A stretch of DNA of 64,000 nt from an uncultured Eubacterium sp. (GCA_905235555.1 CAJOMD010000002.1:2408-66407); one strand, 5' to 3'. Shown: positions 10,596 to 20,477, numbered from the stretch's first letter. Notes: generated by a model from the letters alone, not told the origin. A program made the numbers and translations.

Positions 10596-11351
10596 TTATA
10601 TAAAGTTTTTAATAAATGTTTTTCTATGAATTGGTGTTGGTCCTAATTTTTTAATCGCTTCAATATGTTTTGCTGAACCATATCCTTTGTTTGATGCAAA
10701 ATCATACCCAGGATAGATTTTATCGTATTCCACCATCATGGCATCTCTAGTTACTTTCGCTACAATACTAGCAGCTCCTATAGAAATGCTAGATGCATCT
10801 CCTCTAATAATAGGAACTTGTTTTATATCAATGTATGGAATTTTAACTGCATCATTAAGCAATAAATCGGGCTGAGGGTTAAGTTGATGAATTGCCATTT
10901 TCATGGCTTTGTATGTGGCTTGTAATATATTAAGTTCATCTATCTCTTCTGGCGTGCAAAGCGCTGTAGACCATGATACCGCTTTTTCAGTAATCACCTT
11001 ATATAACTCTTCTCTTTTTTTAGCTGTTAGTTTTTTAGAATCATTTATATATAAAATGTCACAGTTTTTTGGTAAGATAACTGCTCCAGCCACTACCGGT
11101 CCCGCCAAAGGACCACGACCCACTTCATCTATTCCACAAATAAAATCATATTCATCGTATTTGTTTTCGTAAAATGATAACTTTTTGATTCTCTCAAGCT
11201 CAGCTTCATAATCTTTGATCTGTTTCTGCGCTTTTTTAACTAATGCTTTTACACCAGATCTTTCATCACTAGAATACTTGGAAATAAATTCATTTAAAGA
11301 ATCAATTTTATATTCTTTTAATTCATTTTTAATATCATTAATGCTATTCAT
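10596..11351 (-). CDS. rnhB: Ribonuclease HII
   Basis: GIDEVGRGPLAGPVV catalytic motif and DSKKL. 251 aa. Confidence 0.95.
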   Translation of the reverse strand: MNSINDIKNELKEYKIDSLNEFISKYSSDERSGVKALVKKAQKQIKDYEAELERIKKLSFYENKYDEYDFICGIDEVGRGPLAGPVVAGAVILPKNCDILYINDSKKLTAKKREELYKVITEKAVSWSTALCTPEEIDELNILQATYKAMKMAIHQLNPQPDLLLNDAVKIPYIDIKQVPIIRGDASSISIGAASIVAKVTRDAMMVEYDKIYPGYDFASNKGYGSAKHIEAIKKLGPTPIHRKTFIKNFI

Positions 11352-11353
11352 CT

Positions 11354-12190
11354 CTATATCCTATCTAATGTAATTTTTCCTAGTTTCCCACTTCTAAAAT
11401 CATCTAAAATAATTTTAGATGCTTTATCTAAATCAAGTTTATTACCAGGCAATTTACAATTTCTAACATCAGCCACTTGATACATTTCTTCCACAATATC
11501 TTCATTACCTTCTATATTAAATCTACTCTTTAATATGTCAGGATAATTATCTCTTGTCATCTTAATAAACTGGAATGCTAATTCAGCAGCATCCAAATTA
11601 TTGTCATTCATCGAACCAACTAAAGCTAAATTCAGGCCAATTTGTTCATCGTCAAACTTAGGCCATAAAATACCTGGAGTATCTAGTAATTCAAGATTCT
11701 TCCCTATCTTTATCCACTGTTTACCTTTTGTGACACCTGGCTTATTTCCTGTCTTTGCAACAGCACGTTTGGCATAAGAATTAATAAATGTAGACTTGCC
11801 AACATTTGGAATACCAACCACCATTGCTCTAATTGGTCTATTTATCCCTTTTTTTTTATTTGCTTCTATCTTTTCTTTACATGCCTCTTCAATAGCACTG
11901 TCTACTATTTTTGCCAACGAATTAACTCGAGAATCTACTTTTAAAACTGTACATCCTTTGTCTTTGAAGAACTTGTCCCACAAATTATTTTGTGACTCAT
12001 CTGCCAAGTCTGCTTTATTCAAAATTACAAGCCTTGATTTGTTTTGTCCAAGACTATCTATATCAGGATTCCGACTACTCAAAGGAATCCTAGCATCTAA
12101 CAATTCGATAACTAAGTCTACCAATTTAATATCTTCTCTCATTTGTCTGATGGCCTTTGTCATATGGCCAGGATACCATTGATAATCCAT
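11354..12190 (-). CDS. rbgA: Ribosome biogenesis GTPase A (YlqF)
   Basis: Circularly permuted GTPase with motif order NKADL, then GIPNVGKST, then DTPG. Confidence 0.94.
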   Translation of the reverse strand: MDYQWYPGHMTKAIRQMREDIKLVDLVIELLDARIPLSSRNPDIDSLGQNKSRLVILNKADLADESQNNLWDKFFKDKGCTVLKVDSRVNSLAKIVDSAIEEACKEKIEANKKKGINRPIRAMVVGIPNVGKSTFINSYAKRAVAKTGNKPGVTKGKQWIKIGKNLELLDTPGILWPKFDDEQIGLNLALVGSMNDNNLDAAELAFQFIKMTRDNYPDILKSRFNIEGNEDIVEEMYQVADVRNCKLPGNKLDLDKASKIILDDFRSGKLGKITLDRI

Positions 12191-12225
12191 AATAATTCCT
12201 TTCTAAATAGCACTTAATATAATAA

Positions 12226-12260
12226 CACAAAAAGAAAGGAACGAGTATATCTCGTTCCTT
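12226..12260 (-). terminator. Rho-independent terminator after rplS
   Basis: Minus-strand AGGAACGAG-ATATA-CTCGTTCCT hairpin followed by TTCTTTTTGTG. Confidence 0.8.
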
Positions 12261-12269
12261 AAAAAGTTC

Positions 12270-12926
12270 TTATTTAACCAATTCTCTAACCTTAGCAGCC
12301 TTACCAACTCTAGCCTTAATGTAGTTAAGTTTAGCACGTCTAACCTTACCTTCTCTAACTACCTCAATCTTAGCGATTGTTGGTGAGTATAGTGGCCAAG
12401 TCTTTTCAACACCTACACCATTCGAATCTTTTCTTACAGTGAATGTTGTTCTGTTTCCACCACCTTGCTTCTTAATTACAAGTCCTTCAAACTTCTGAAT
12501 TCTTTCACGGTTACCTTCCACAATCTTAGCTGATACCACGATAGTGTCACCTACTTTAAAATCCGCAACTTCTTTCTTTTGTGATTCTTCAATATCCTTG
12601 ATTAATTCATGAGTCTTAACTGGAATTTTTTCTTTCTTTGGTTCTTCAGCTGGAGCCTCTTCTGTTTCTTCTTCAGATTCATCGGCTTCTTCTGTAGTTT
12701 CAGCTTCTTCTGTAGTTTCAGTTTCTTCAGCTACATCTTCTTCCACAGCTTCTTCAATCTCTTCTTCAGATTCCTCAACAACTTCATCTACTGATTCAAC
12801 AGCCTCTTCTACAGCTTCTTTCACGTCTTCTACAGTCTCTTCAACTGCTTCAGCCACTTCTTCAGCTGCTTCTGCAAGATCTTCTTTAACCTCTTCAGCT
12901 ACTTCTTTTACTTTTTCATCTGCCAT
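12270..12926 (-). CDS. rplS: 50S ribosomal protein L19 with a long acidic N-terminal extension
   Basis: The C-terminal ~115 aa are canonical L19 ([27 protein letters not shown]). AGGAGG SD lies 7 nt before ATG 12926, and there is no in-frame ATG/GTG/TTG at the domain boundary. Confidence 0.9.
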   Translation of the reverse strand: MADEKVKEVAEEVKEDLAEAAEEVAEAVEETVEDVKEAVEEAVESVDEVVEESEEEIEEAVEEDVAEETETTEEAETTEEADESEEETEEAPAEEPKKEKIPVKTHELIKDIEESQKKEVADFKVGDTIVVSAKIVEGNRERIQKFEGLVIKKQGGGNRTTFTVRKDSNGVGVEKTWPLYSPTIAKIEVVREGKVRRAKLNYIKARVGKAAKVRELVK

Positions 12927-13004
12927 AATTTGCCTCCTTATTTATTACGATGTTCTTAATACATTTGTAACAGAGGACCATCTTTTATTAATACAGCATT
13001 ATGT

Positions 13005-13033
13005 ATACTAACACATATATGGGCTATGTGCAA
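13005..13033 (-). promoter_or_regulatory. Promoter candidate for rplS
   Basis: Minus-strand TTGCAC, 17 nt spacer, TAGTAT with TG at the extended -10 position. It leaves a ~70-nt leader. Confidence 0.5.
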
Positions 13034-13047
13034 GAATAAATTACTGT

Positions 13048-13779
13048 TTAATCACTTTTTATTGAATCTAAAAAATCCCTATCTTTATCGCTTAAATCGG
13101 CACTTTCTAACATATCCGGTCTTCTCTCATAAGTCCTCTTCAAAGACTCCTGCCTTCTATATTCATCTATCTTTGCATGATTACCCGAAAGTAATATTTC
13201 TGGCACTTCTTTTCCGTTAAATTCGGCAGGTCTTGTATACTGTGGATGCTCTAACAATCCATCCTCAAAACTCTCTGTAGTAGCAGAATTTTCATTATTT
13301 AGCACCCCTGGAACCAACCTTGTAATAGAATCTATAACTACCAATGCTGGCAACTCTCCACCGGTTAATACATAATCACCAATAGAAATATTATCAGTGA
13401 CTATTTCCTCTAGCACTCTCTCGTCTACACCTTCATAATGACCACATAGAATAACGATATCTTTTTCCTCGGCAAAGGACTTGGCCTCACTTTGCTTATA
13501 TGTTTTTCCTTGTGGAGTCATATAGATAACTCTTGGTTTATAGCCTATTTCTTTTACAATTTCTTTGTATGCATCATAAATAGGTGGCGCCTGCATAACC
13601 ATACCGGCACCTCCGCCATACGGATAATCATCTATCTGACCATAATCATTATCAGCGTAGTCTCTTATATTAATAGCTTTTACACTAATTTTTTCATCCT
13701 GAATTGCTCTTCCTGTAATACTAGTCATAATTGCTTCTTGTATCATCTCCGGAAAAAGCGTCAATATATAAAAATTCAT
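13048..13779 (-). CDS. trmD: tRNA (guanine37-N1)-methyltransferase
   Basis: MNFYILTLFPEM start and YGGGAGMVM motif. Trimmed from the ORF-track start, since ATG 13779 follows the rimM stop by 2 nt. Confidence 0.95.
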   Translation of the reverse strand: MNFYILTLFPEMIQEAIMTSITGRAIQDEKISVKAINIRDYADNDYGQIDDYPYGGGAGMVMQAPPIYDAYKEIVKEIGYKPRVIYMTPQGKTYKQSEAKSFAEEKDIVILCGHYEGVDERVLEEIVTDNISIGDYVLTGGELPALVVIDSITRLVPGVLNNENSATTESFEDGLLEHPQYTRPAEFNGKEVPEILLSGNHAKIDEYRRQESLKRTYERRPDMLESADLSDKDRDFLDSIKSD

Positions 13780-13781
13780 AA

Positions 13782-14291
13782 TTAATCTAACAAACCATCC
13801 ATAATATGGACTTTGATTACTTTGTTCTCCAAATCCTTTTCCAATATACATTCTGGAATAGATGGGAATAAAACTTCTTTTCCATCATCAGTATTTATAA
13901 CATAGACATCGTTGGCGCCTGTTTTAATGATATCTTTTAATGTTCCAAAATGTTCTTCTTCATCAGTTACAATATCAGCACCCACCATATCTGCCACGTA
14001 AAATTCACTCTCTTTTAAAGGAATAGCATTTTCTCTATCTACATAAAGATCCATTCCCTTTAAACCTAAGATGTCGTTCATATTGTTATATTCTTCAAAA
14101 CCTAGAACAACCATATTCTTTACATACTTTACACTCTTAATGTGAAGTTCTTTGTAAGTACCGTTTTCTTCTAAATATATTGTCTCTAGGTCATTAAAGC
14201 GATTAACATCATCCGTGGTTGGATACACTTTTACTTCGCCTTTTACACCGTGTGAATTTGCAATCACACCTACTCTAAAATAATCTAACAT
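13782..14291 (-). CDS. rimM: 16S rRNA processing protein RimM
   Basis: GVKGEVKVYPTTDD motif with a PRC barrel C-terminus. 169 aa. Confidence 0.93.
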   Translation of the reverse strand: MLDYFRVGVIANSHGVKGEVKVYPTTDDVNRFNDLETIYLEENGTYKELHIKSVKYVKNMVVLGFEEYNNMNDILGLKGMDLYVDRENAIPLKESEFYVADMVGADIVTDEEEHFGTLKDIIKTGANDVYVINTDDGKEVLFPSIPECILEKDLENKVIKVHIMDGLLD

Positions 14292-14314
14292 TTATAGTCC
14301 TCTAAAATCATAAT

Positions 14315-14344
14315 ACTGGGAAGCCCCAAAGGGACTATCCCAGT
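14315..14344 (-). other. GC-rich stem-loop between the KH-protein gene and rimM
   Basis: Minus-strand ACTGGGA-T-AGTCCC TTT GGGGCT-TCCCAGT: 13 bp with one bulge and one G-U pair, and no clean T-tract. Confidence 0.5.
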
Positions 14345-14362
14345 AAATCACACTTGCTCAGA

Positions 14363-14590
14363 TTATTGGATTTCAACCTTAACTCTTTTGTCTGTCTTAG
14401 AAGCAGCCGCTCTAACTACTGAGCGGATAGCTTTAGCTATTCTTCCCTGCTTTCCAATAACTTTGCCCATGTCACTATCTGCGACATGTAAAATAACAAC
14501 AATTTCTCTGTCATTCTCTGTCTCTGTCACAACAACTTCATCAGGAGAATCAACAAGTGCTTTAGCAATTGTTTCTACTAATTCTTTCAT
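14363..14590 (-). CDS. KH domain RNA-binding protein (YlqC family)
   Basis: 75 aa with the GKVIGKQGRIAKAIR KH signature. It sits in the conserved slot between rpsP and rimM. Confidence 0.92.
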   Translation of the reverse strand: MKELVETIAKALVDSPDEVVVTETENDREIVVILHVADSDMGKVIGKQGRIAKAIRSVVRAAASKTDKRVKVEIQ

Positions 14591-14608
14591 GAATACTTCC
14601 TCCTAACA

Positions 14609-14854
14609 CTATTTTTCAATGCCGGCAATCTTCAAAAGTTTTCCAACAGTCTCAGTTGGCTTAGCTCCTGTAGATAACCATTTCTTAACAGACTCCTCAT
14701 TTACGTCAAATACACTTGGATCTTTACTTGGATCGTATGTACCGATTTCTTCAATAAATCTACCATCTCTAGGTGATCTTGAATCAGCCACAACAATTCT
14801 GTAAAAAGGAGCTTTCTTTTTACCCATTCTCTTTAATCTGATTTTTACTGCCAT
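14609..14854 (-). CDS. rpsP: 30S ribosomal protein S16
   Basis: [35 protein letters not shown] is canonical S16. Confidence 0.97.
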   Translation of the reverse strand: MAVKIRLKRMGKKKAPFYRIVVADSRSPRDGRFIEEIGTYDPSKDPSVFDVNEESVKKWLSTGAKPTETVGKLLKIAGIEK

Positions 14855-14944
14855 TTTTTTACCTCCAAATTAATTTTGAATATATATCAAGAAATATTAA
14901 TTTCTAGATTTGCTATTTTAGAAATCTATTTCACGATAACTTGT

Positions 14945-16297
14945 TTATAATCCGAACGGCAACTTCATACCTCTCAATCCTTTTTTCCCTTTGCCACTCA
15001 TCATACCATTCATATTTTTCATCATCTTCTTGGCCTGTTCAAATTGTTTAGTCAAACGATTTACTTGAGCCACTTCTACACCAGCACCAGCCGCTATTCT
15101 TTGTTTTCTAGATGGATTAATCACATCTGGATTATTTCTCTCTTCTGGTGTCATGGAATAAATAATTGCTTCTATTTGTGTAAGCTGCTTTTCGCTAGGT
15201 AGCATATCTTCTGTTACCTTGTTGGCAACCCCAGGCACCATCTTCATTATAGAAGAAAGCCCACCCATATTGTTAATCTGACTCATATAATCGAGATAAT
15301 CATTATAGGTAAACTCTGCCTTTTTGAGACGTGCTTCCATCTCTTTGGCTTTCTCTTCATCAATAGATGCTTCAGCCTTTTCAATAAGAGACAAAACGTC
15401 TCCCATACCTAGGATTCTAGAAGCCATTCTGTCAGGATAAAACTGCTCTAGGTCAGAAAACTTTTCTCCCATACCAACATACAATATAGGTTTTCCAGTA
15501 ATTGCCTTGATGGATAATGCAGCACCACCACGTGTATCACCATCTAATTTGGTAACGATAATGCCATCAATTCCAATTTTTTCATCAAATTCTTTGGCAA
15601 CATTAACGGCATCTTGTCCAGTCATTGCATCGACCACTAACAAAGCATCATCTATTTCTATCGCCTCTTTAATATCAACTAGCTCATTCATCATATCTTC
15701 ATCTATGTGAAGTCTTCCAGCTGTATCGAAAATAACTGTGTTGTAATTATTTTGTTTAGCATGTTCTATAGATGCCTTTGCTATATCAACAGGCTTATTT
15801 TTATCACCCATTGAGAAAAACGGAACATCCTGTTTTTCAGCATTGATTTTTAACTGCTCAATAGCTGCAGGTCTATATATATCAAGTGCCACTAGTAATG
15901 GTTTTCTTCCCTGTGCTTTTAACTTTCCAGCAATCTTAGATGCTGTAGTAGTTTTACCTGCACCTTGAAGACCCATCATCATAATGACAGATATTTCATT
16001 ACCACTTTTAAGAGATAATTCTGTGGTCTCTGAACCCATAAGTTCAGTCAACTCTTCATTAACAATCTTAATCACCATTTGTCCTGGGGTGAGTGAAGTC
16101 ATCACTTCTTCACCCAAAGACTTTTCAGTGACATCTTTAATAAAGTTCTTAACCACCTTAAAGTTTACATCAGCTTCTAAAAGAGCAATTTTAACTTCTT
16201 TCATAGATGCTTTAATATCATCTTCAGTAAGTTTTCCTTTACTCTTTAAGCCTTTAAATATATTTTGTAATTTGTCAGATAAACTCTCAAATGCCAA
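14945..16297 (-). CDS. ffh: Signal recognition particle protein Ffh
   Basis: GLQGAGKTTT, DTAGR and TKLDGD motifs plus a Met-rich M domain. The conserved MAFE N-terminus is encoded from a TTG start preceded by AGAGG. Confidence 0.96.
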   Translation of the reverse strand: MAFESLSDKLQNIFKGLKSKGKLTEDDIKASMKEVKIALLEADVNFKVVKNFIKDVTEKSLGEEVMTSLTPGQMVIKIVNEELTELMGSETTELSLKSGNEISVIMMMGLQGAGKTTTASKIAGKLKAQGRKPLLVALDIYRPAAIEQLKINAEKQDVPFFSMGDKNKPVDIAKASIEHAKQNNYNTVIFDTAGRLHIDEDMMNELVDIKEAIEIDDALLVVDAMTGQDAVNVAKEFDEKIGIDGIIVTKLDGDTRGGAALSIKAITGKPILYVGMGEKFSDLEQFYPDRMASRILGMGDVLSLIEKAEASIDEEKAKEMEARLKKAEFTYNDYLDYMSQINNMGGLSSIMKMVPGVANKVTEDMLPSEKQLTQIEAIIYSMTPEERNNPDVINPSRKQRIAAGAGVEVAQVNRLTKQFEQAKKMMKNMNGMMSGKGKKGLRGMKLPFGL

Positions 16298-16308
16298 AAT
16301 TACTACCT

Positions 16309-16623
16309 CTAATAGTTTTCTAAAATATTTTCTGCAATCTGTTTTATCTCATTATCATCAGTAATATCACAGATTTTTTTTATATCTTTTTTAGTATTAT
16401 TAAACTTTTCAATAAGTTTAAGTTTAGCTTCATACTCGTTTAATGTTTTATCGCATCGTTTTATAAGATCATGTACGCCCTGCTTAGAGATTCCTTTTTG
16501 CTCTGCAATCTCTACCAAAGACAAATCATTCAAAACATAATCTTCATATATTTCTTTTTGGTGGTCAGTAAGTAATTCGCCATAGAAATCATATAACAAT
16601 GAACTTTTGTAAATGTCTTGCAT
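16309..16623 (-). CDS. ylxM: YlxM/UPF0122 putative HTH protein
   Basis: MQDIYKSSLLYDFYGELLT start, a sigma-70 region-4-like HTH, and the conserved position upstream of ffh. The longer ORF-track start is the TTG of the -35 box. Confidence 0.88.
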   Translation of the reverse strand: MQDIYKSSLLYDFYGELLTDHQKEIYEDYVLNDLSLVEIAEQKGISKQGVHDLIKRCDKTLNEYEAKLKLIEKFNNTKKDIKKICDITDDNEIKQIAENILENY

Positions 16624-16648
16624 AAAGCCCCCTTTTAAACCAAAAGAT

Positions 16649-16677
16649 ATATTACAACAAATAAAATAAGGTGTCAA
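16649..16677 (-). promoter_or_regulatory. Promoter candidate for ylxM-ffh
   Basis: Minus-strand TTGACA, 17 nt spacer, TAATAT. The -35 box lies inside the downstream arm of the preceding terminator hairpin. Confidence 0.65.
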
Positions 16678-16697
16678 GCATTTTTCCTTGACACCTT
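16655..16697 (-). terminator. Rho-independent terminator ending the YfhO-family gene
   Basis: 11-bp stem AAGGTGTCAAG/CTTGACACCTT with an 8-nt loop, followed by ATTTTATTTGTTG. The hairpin includes the last codons and the TGA stop. Confidence 0.75.
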
Positions 16698-19556
16698 ATA
16701 GAATAATACGATAACCATTAAAATCAGTATTCCTATTATGCTAAGAACTAATCCAATTTTAATACCTGGAGTACAATAAGTAAGTTCAATCTTGTGTTTT
16801 CCAGATTTTAATATCACTCCACTATTCATGTAGTTAACTTTCTTAAGTGAGGACTCCTTGCCGTCTACTTTCAATTTCCAACCATCAGAATAAGGAATAT
16901 TTAAACATAATAATTTTTCTTTGTCTAAAGCAATTTCACCTGTAATTTTATTAGTTTCAATATTTACATTCTCTAAACTATCAGCTCTTAGAGCATTAAC
17001 TTTATCCTCATAACCGTCGAAAGATTGTTCAACCACCTCTATCTCATCAAAGTAATACGTTCCAGGTTGTTCAAAGGTAATGGTAACTTTATCTCTCTCA
17101 AATTCTGAATAACACATATTTATAGCAAAGTTCTTTCTACCGTTAAAATAGGATAAATCATGTCTATAATTTAATAATAGTTTGTTTACATCTCCACAGT
17201 TTATAAATATTCTTGCATAATCGTCTTCTGTATAATATCTATAGTGATTATTTATCAAGTTCCTCTCGCCAACAGATAATGTATCATACATATCCCTATT
17301 AGCATCCAGTTCACTCTTCTGAGCAAACGAGAAATTCCTAAAGTTAACGAATAAATTTTTATTTGGCGCAGAGTCAATATTTAATTCAACTTTGCTTTGA
17401 CCTTTATTAACTATTATTTGGTGTTTGGCAATTTTCACATGCTCCTCTTCAGGTGCCACCATTATATAATTAAGTTTTTTGTCAGTTGTCTTAAAACTAT
17501 CTTTTCTAGCAAGATCATCTTCTTTTTCAACAATGGCAGATTCAAGCATTAATTCTTCTTTCCTAATTCCGTCTAATTTACTAGCTTGCTTTTCAGTAAC
17601 AGTATTGTCATATGTATAACCAAGTGGCATAGCATATTGATTTTCATAAACATTATAATTTGCAGAATTTTTCACTCTAGTTTTTTTATGTATATTTTTA
17701 TTTCGAAGCATATTTGGAGCATACTTAAAATATTTATCGATAAATTTAAAGCCATATGGAACTTTAGCCACTTCGCCTTCTTCTGCCACAAAATACTTTA
17801 TAGACGACAAAGATGAAAGAATTGTTCTTTGGTCATTCCCATAGTAATAGAACAAAGCATACTCTTTATTATCTATTTCGCGAAGATAATTTTGAACATT
17901 AATATTTCCAAGACTCCAATAGTAACCAATACCATTTCTATTAAATATGGTGGCTGCATTGCTTGCGTTATCAAGTTTGAAATATTTATTTCCAACATCG
18001 TTATAAATTGAATTTTTCAAAACTTGATTTACTTTTAAATTCATATCTTTATTATTTAAATACTCATCATCCGTAGAAGCAAATCTATAAAATGATTTGT
18101 CTTTAACATGATGCTTAATATCATTTGATATGGTGCTTTCATACGAAGAGTAAACTTCACCCATATCTATAAACTCAGATACATAATTACCTTCAGATAC
18201 ACTGAATATATAAAAAGCATTTAAAGCTATACCAGATATAACAAATGCAAAAATAATTCTAATTTTATACTTAAACCATTTAGTTTTGTGATTATTAATA
18301 TAGCTTAATAAGAACAACATTACTGAAAATAACAGAATCTGGAAAATCACATTTTCTCTTCTTGTATTTTCCATAATAAGAATCAATGAAAAATAAACCA
18401 TTAAGAATAATGTTAGTTTTTTATGTGTAAATACTTTAATTGAAATGATATCTCTCCAATAAAATGCAACTGTATATGCGCATAGGAATACAAACGCCCA
18501 AATCCATCTGTTACAAGCATATGACATTCCGTTCATAAATGAACCTAAGAAAGGAACTAGCATTACTATTATGGACAAAACAAAAAGAATAATCTTTTGA
18601 ATATCACGTTTATGGAAAGCATAATATGCTCCAATAAGAGCAATTGGTGATACACCAATATAATTCCAATGTCCAGCGCTATCATTAGAAATCATTCCAG
18701 AAAGTAATTTTTGATAATATTTAAACTCATAAGCAATTGGAACTACTCCGCCCTCTATTGTTCTTGAATCTTGAATAAAAATAAGCACAGTTGGAATAAA
18801 CAATATACATGCGATAGATACTCCCACTAGGGAAAAACCTAGTAGTTTTAAAAGTGATATAAATATTTTTGATTTCTCATCTTTGTATAAGTAAATTACC
18901 CTTACTAATGCATAAACAATCGTAACAATTACAATCATATAGAAAAAGTAAAAATTACTCATAACACAAATTGCAATTGAAATAATAAATAAATACGGTT
19001 TTTTACCTTTAAGAATTTTCTCTAATCCTGCCAAAACTAATGGCAATAAAATCATAGGTAGTATAAAGAAAGGATGTCGTACTCCCGCAAGCATAGCATA
19101 AACACAAAATACATAAATAATAGCACCTATTACCCTGCCGTCTCCTCTAACTCCTCTTTCTCTTGTATAATACATAAAAGAAACACCAGCCAGATAAAGG
19201 CGTACCAAAACTAAGAATGCATAAAGAAATTCTGTAAATTTAGTAGGAACTGCTACAGACAAAAGATTGAGAGGATCACCTATTACATAATAGTTAAATG
19301 TAGTAAGAACATCTCCTCCATAACCGATAGTAAAATTCCACATTGGGAATGTAAATGTATGTTCAATAAAAATACTTCGTAGTATTTGTCTTAACCACTG
19401 ACCATAATATGAAAGTGCGATTACATGCTGATCATATCCATCCACATGCCAAACAAAAGACTTACCGTTAATAATAAAATAAATGTAAGTCAAAAAAGCC
19501 GTTAAAGCAAAGATTAGTGTATATTTAATTTTGTTATTCTTGATTTTTAAACTCAT
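16674..19556 (-). CDS. YfhO family membrane protein (putative glycosyltransferase acting on an envelope polymer)
   Basis: 960 aa with about a dozen N-terminal TM helices, a large extracytoplasmic domain and a C-terminal TM anchor. Its start overlaps the ftsY stop (ATGA). Confidence 0.8.
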   Translation of the reverse strand: MSLKIKNNKIKYTLIFALTAFLTYIYFIINGKSFVWHVDGYDQHVIALSYYGQWLRQILRSIFIEHTFTFPMWNFTIGYGGDVLTTFNYYVIGDPLNLLSVAVPTKFTEFLYAFLVLVRLYLAGVSFMYYTRERGVRGDGRVIGAIIYVFCVYAMLAGVRHPFFILPMILLPLVLAGLEKILKGKKPYLFIISIAICVMSNFYFFYMIVIVTIVYALVRVIYLYKDEKSKIFISLLKLLGFSLVGVSIACILFIPTVLIFIQDSRTIEGGVVPIAYEFKYYQKLLSGMISNDSAGHWNYIGVSPIALIGAYYAFHKRDIQKIILFVLSIIVMLVPFLGSFMNGMSYACNRWIWAFVFLCAYTVAFYWRDIISIKVFTHKKLTLFLMVYFSLILIMENTRRENVIFQILLFSVMLFLLSYINNHKTKWFKYKIRIIFAFVISGIALNAFYIFSVSEGNYVSEFIDMGEVYSSYESTISNDIKHHVKDKSFYRFASTDDEYLNNKDMNLKVNQVLKNSIYNDVGNKYFKLDNASNAATIFNRNGIGYYWSLGNINVQNYLREIDNKEYALFYYYGNDQRTILSSLSSIKYFVAEEGEVAKVPYGFKFIDKYFKYAPNMLRNKNIHKKTRVKNSANYNVYENQYAMPLGYTYDNTVTEKQASKLDGIRKEELMLESAIVEKEDDLARKDSFKTTDKKLNYIMVAPEEEHVKIAKHQIIVNKGQSKVELNIDSAPNKNLFVNFRNFSFAQKSELDANRDMYDTLSVGERNLINNHYRYYTEDDYARIFINCGDVNKLLLNYRHDLSYFNGRKNFAINMCYSEFERDKVTITFEQPGTYYFDEIEVVEQSFDGYEDKVNALRADSLENVNIETNKITGEIALDKEKLLCLNIPYSDGWKLKVDGKESSLKKVNYMNSGVILKSGKHKIELTYCTPGIKIGLVLSIIGILILMVIVLFYKVSRKNA

Positions 19557-20470
19557 TCTACAAATAATGCCTCAACAAATTCTTCTGATTCAAATTTTTG
19601 TAAATCTTCAATAGATTCACCAATTCCAATATATTTTACTGGTATTCCGAGTTCCGACTGAATAGCCACAGCAATTCCACCTTTAGCTGTTCCATCCATT
19701 TTAGTAAGAATAACTCCTGTGATATCAGCACACTCCTTAAACTCTTTTGCTTGCGCCAATGCATTTTGACCAGTTGTGGCATCTAAGACAATAAAGTTTT
19801 CTCTTCTAACACCAGGCATTTCCTTATCTATTATCTTATCAAGTTTAGCCAGCTCATTCATTAAATTCTTTTTATTGTGAAGTCTGCCGGCAGTATCACA
19901 GATAATAATATCCGAGTTATTATTTTTAGCTGATGCTATCGCATCAAATAAAACAGAGCCAGGATCTTGTCCTTCATTTCCAGAAACAATAGAAGCATTT
20001 GCTCTTTTAGCCCATTCTTCCAACTGCTCTTTTGCAGCCGCTCTAAATGTATCACATGCAGCTAGCATAACATCTTTTCCATTGTTCTTAAACTGACAAG
20101 CAAGTTTTCCAATAGATGTGGTTTTTCCAACACCATTTACGCCAATAACTAAAACAATTGATTTTTCACTTTCAAAGTCGTATGCATTCTCTCCCAAATC
20201 CATCTGCTTTATTAGATTTGCTCTAAGTAAATCTTTGCATTCAGATGGCTCTTTAATATTTTTATCTTTAACTTCTTCTTTTAAAGAATCAATTATTTCT
20301 TCTGTTGTCAAAACACCTATATCGCTCATGATAAGCATCTCTTCAATTTCTTCATAGAAGTCATCATCAATACTCGAAAAGGCATTGAATATACTATTAA
20401 AACCAGAACTAATACTAGTTCTGGTTTTTGTTAGTCCATTAACTAATTTACCAAAAAACTTTCCTGCCAT
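19553..20470 (-). CDS. ftsY: Signal recognition particle receptor FtsY
   Basis: GVNGVGKTTS, DTAGR and TKMDGTAKGG motifs. 305 aa. Confidence 0.96.
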   Translation of the reverse strand: MAGKFFGKLVNGLTKTRTSISSGFNSIFNAFSSIDDDFYEEIEEMLIMSDIGVLTTEEIIDSLKEEVKDKNIKEPSECKDLLRANLIKQMDLGENAYDFESEKSIVLVIGVNGVGKTTSIGKLACQFKNNGKDVMLAACDTFRAAAKEQLEEWAKRANASIVSGNEGQDPGSVLFDAIASAKNNNSDIIICDTAGRLHNKKNLMNELAKLDKIIDKEMPGVRRENFIVLDATTGQNALAQAKEFKECADITGVILTKMDGTAKGGIAVAIQSELGIPVKYIGIGESIEDLQKFESEEFVEALFVE

Positions 20471-20477
20471 AATTTAC

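Noticed and set aside
12927-13004. The ~70-nt rplS leader, considered as an L19 autoregulatory leader RNA.
   Set aside because: I can find only 4-bp local pairings and cannot reproduce the family consensus from memory. This needs a covariance-model scan before any claim.
14855-14944. Two AT-only hairpins (TAGATTT/AAATCTA and AGAAAT/ATTTCT) between ffh and rpsP, considered as a terminator or ribosomal-protein leader.
   Set aside because: The stems are 6 to 7 bp and all A-T, with no T-tract. I cannot place a convincing promoter here or match a known leader motif by eye.
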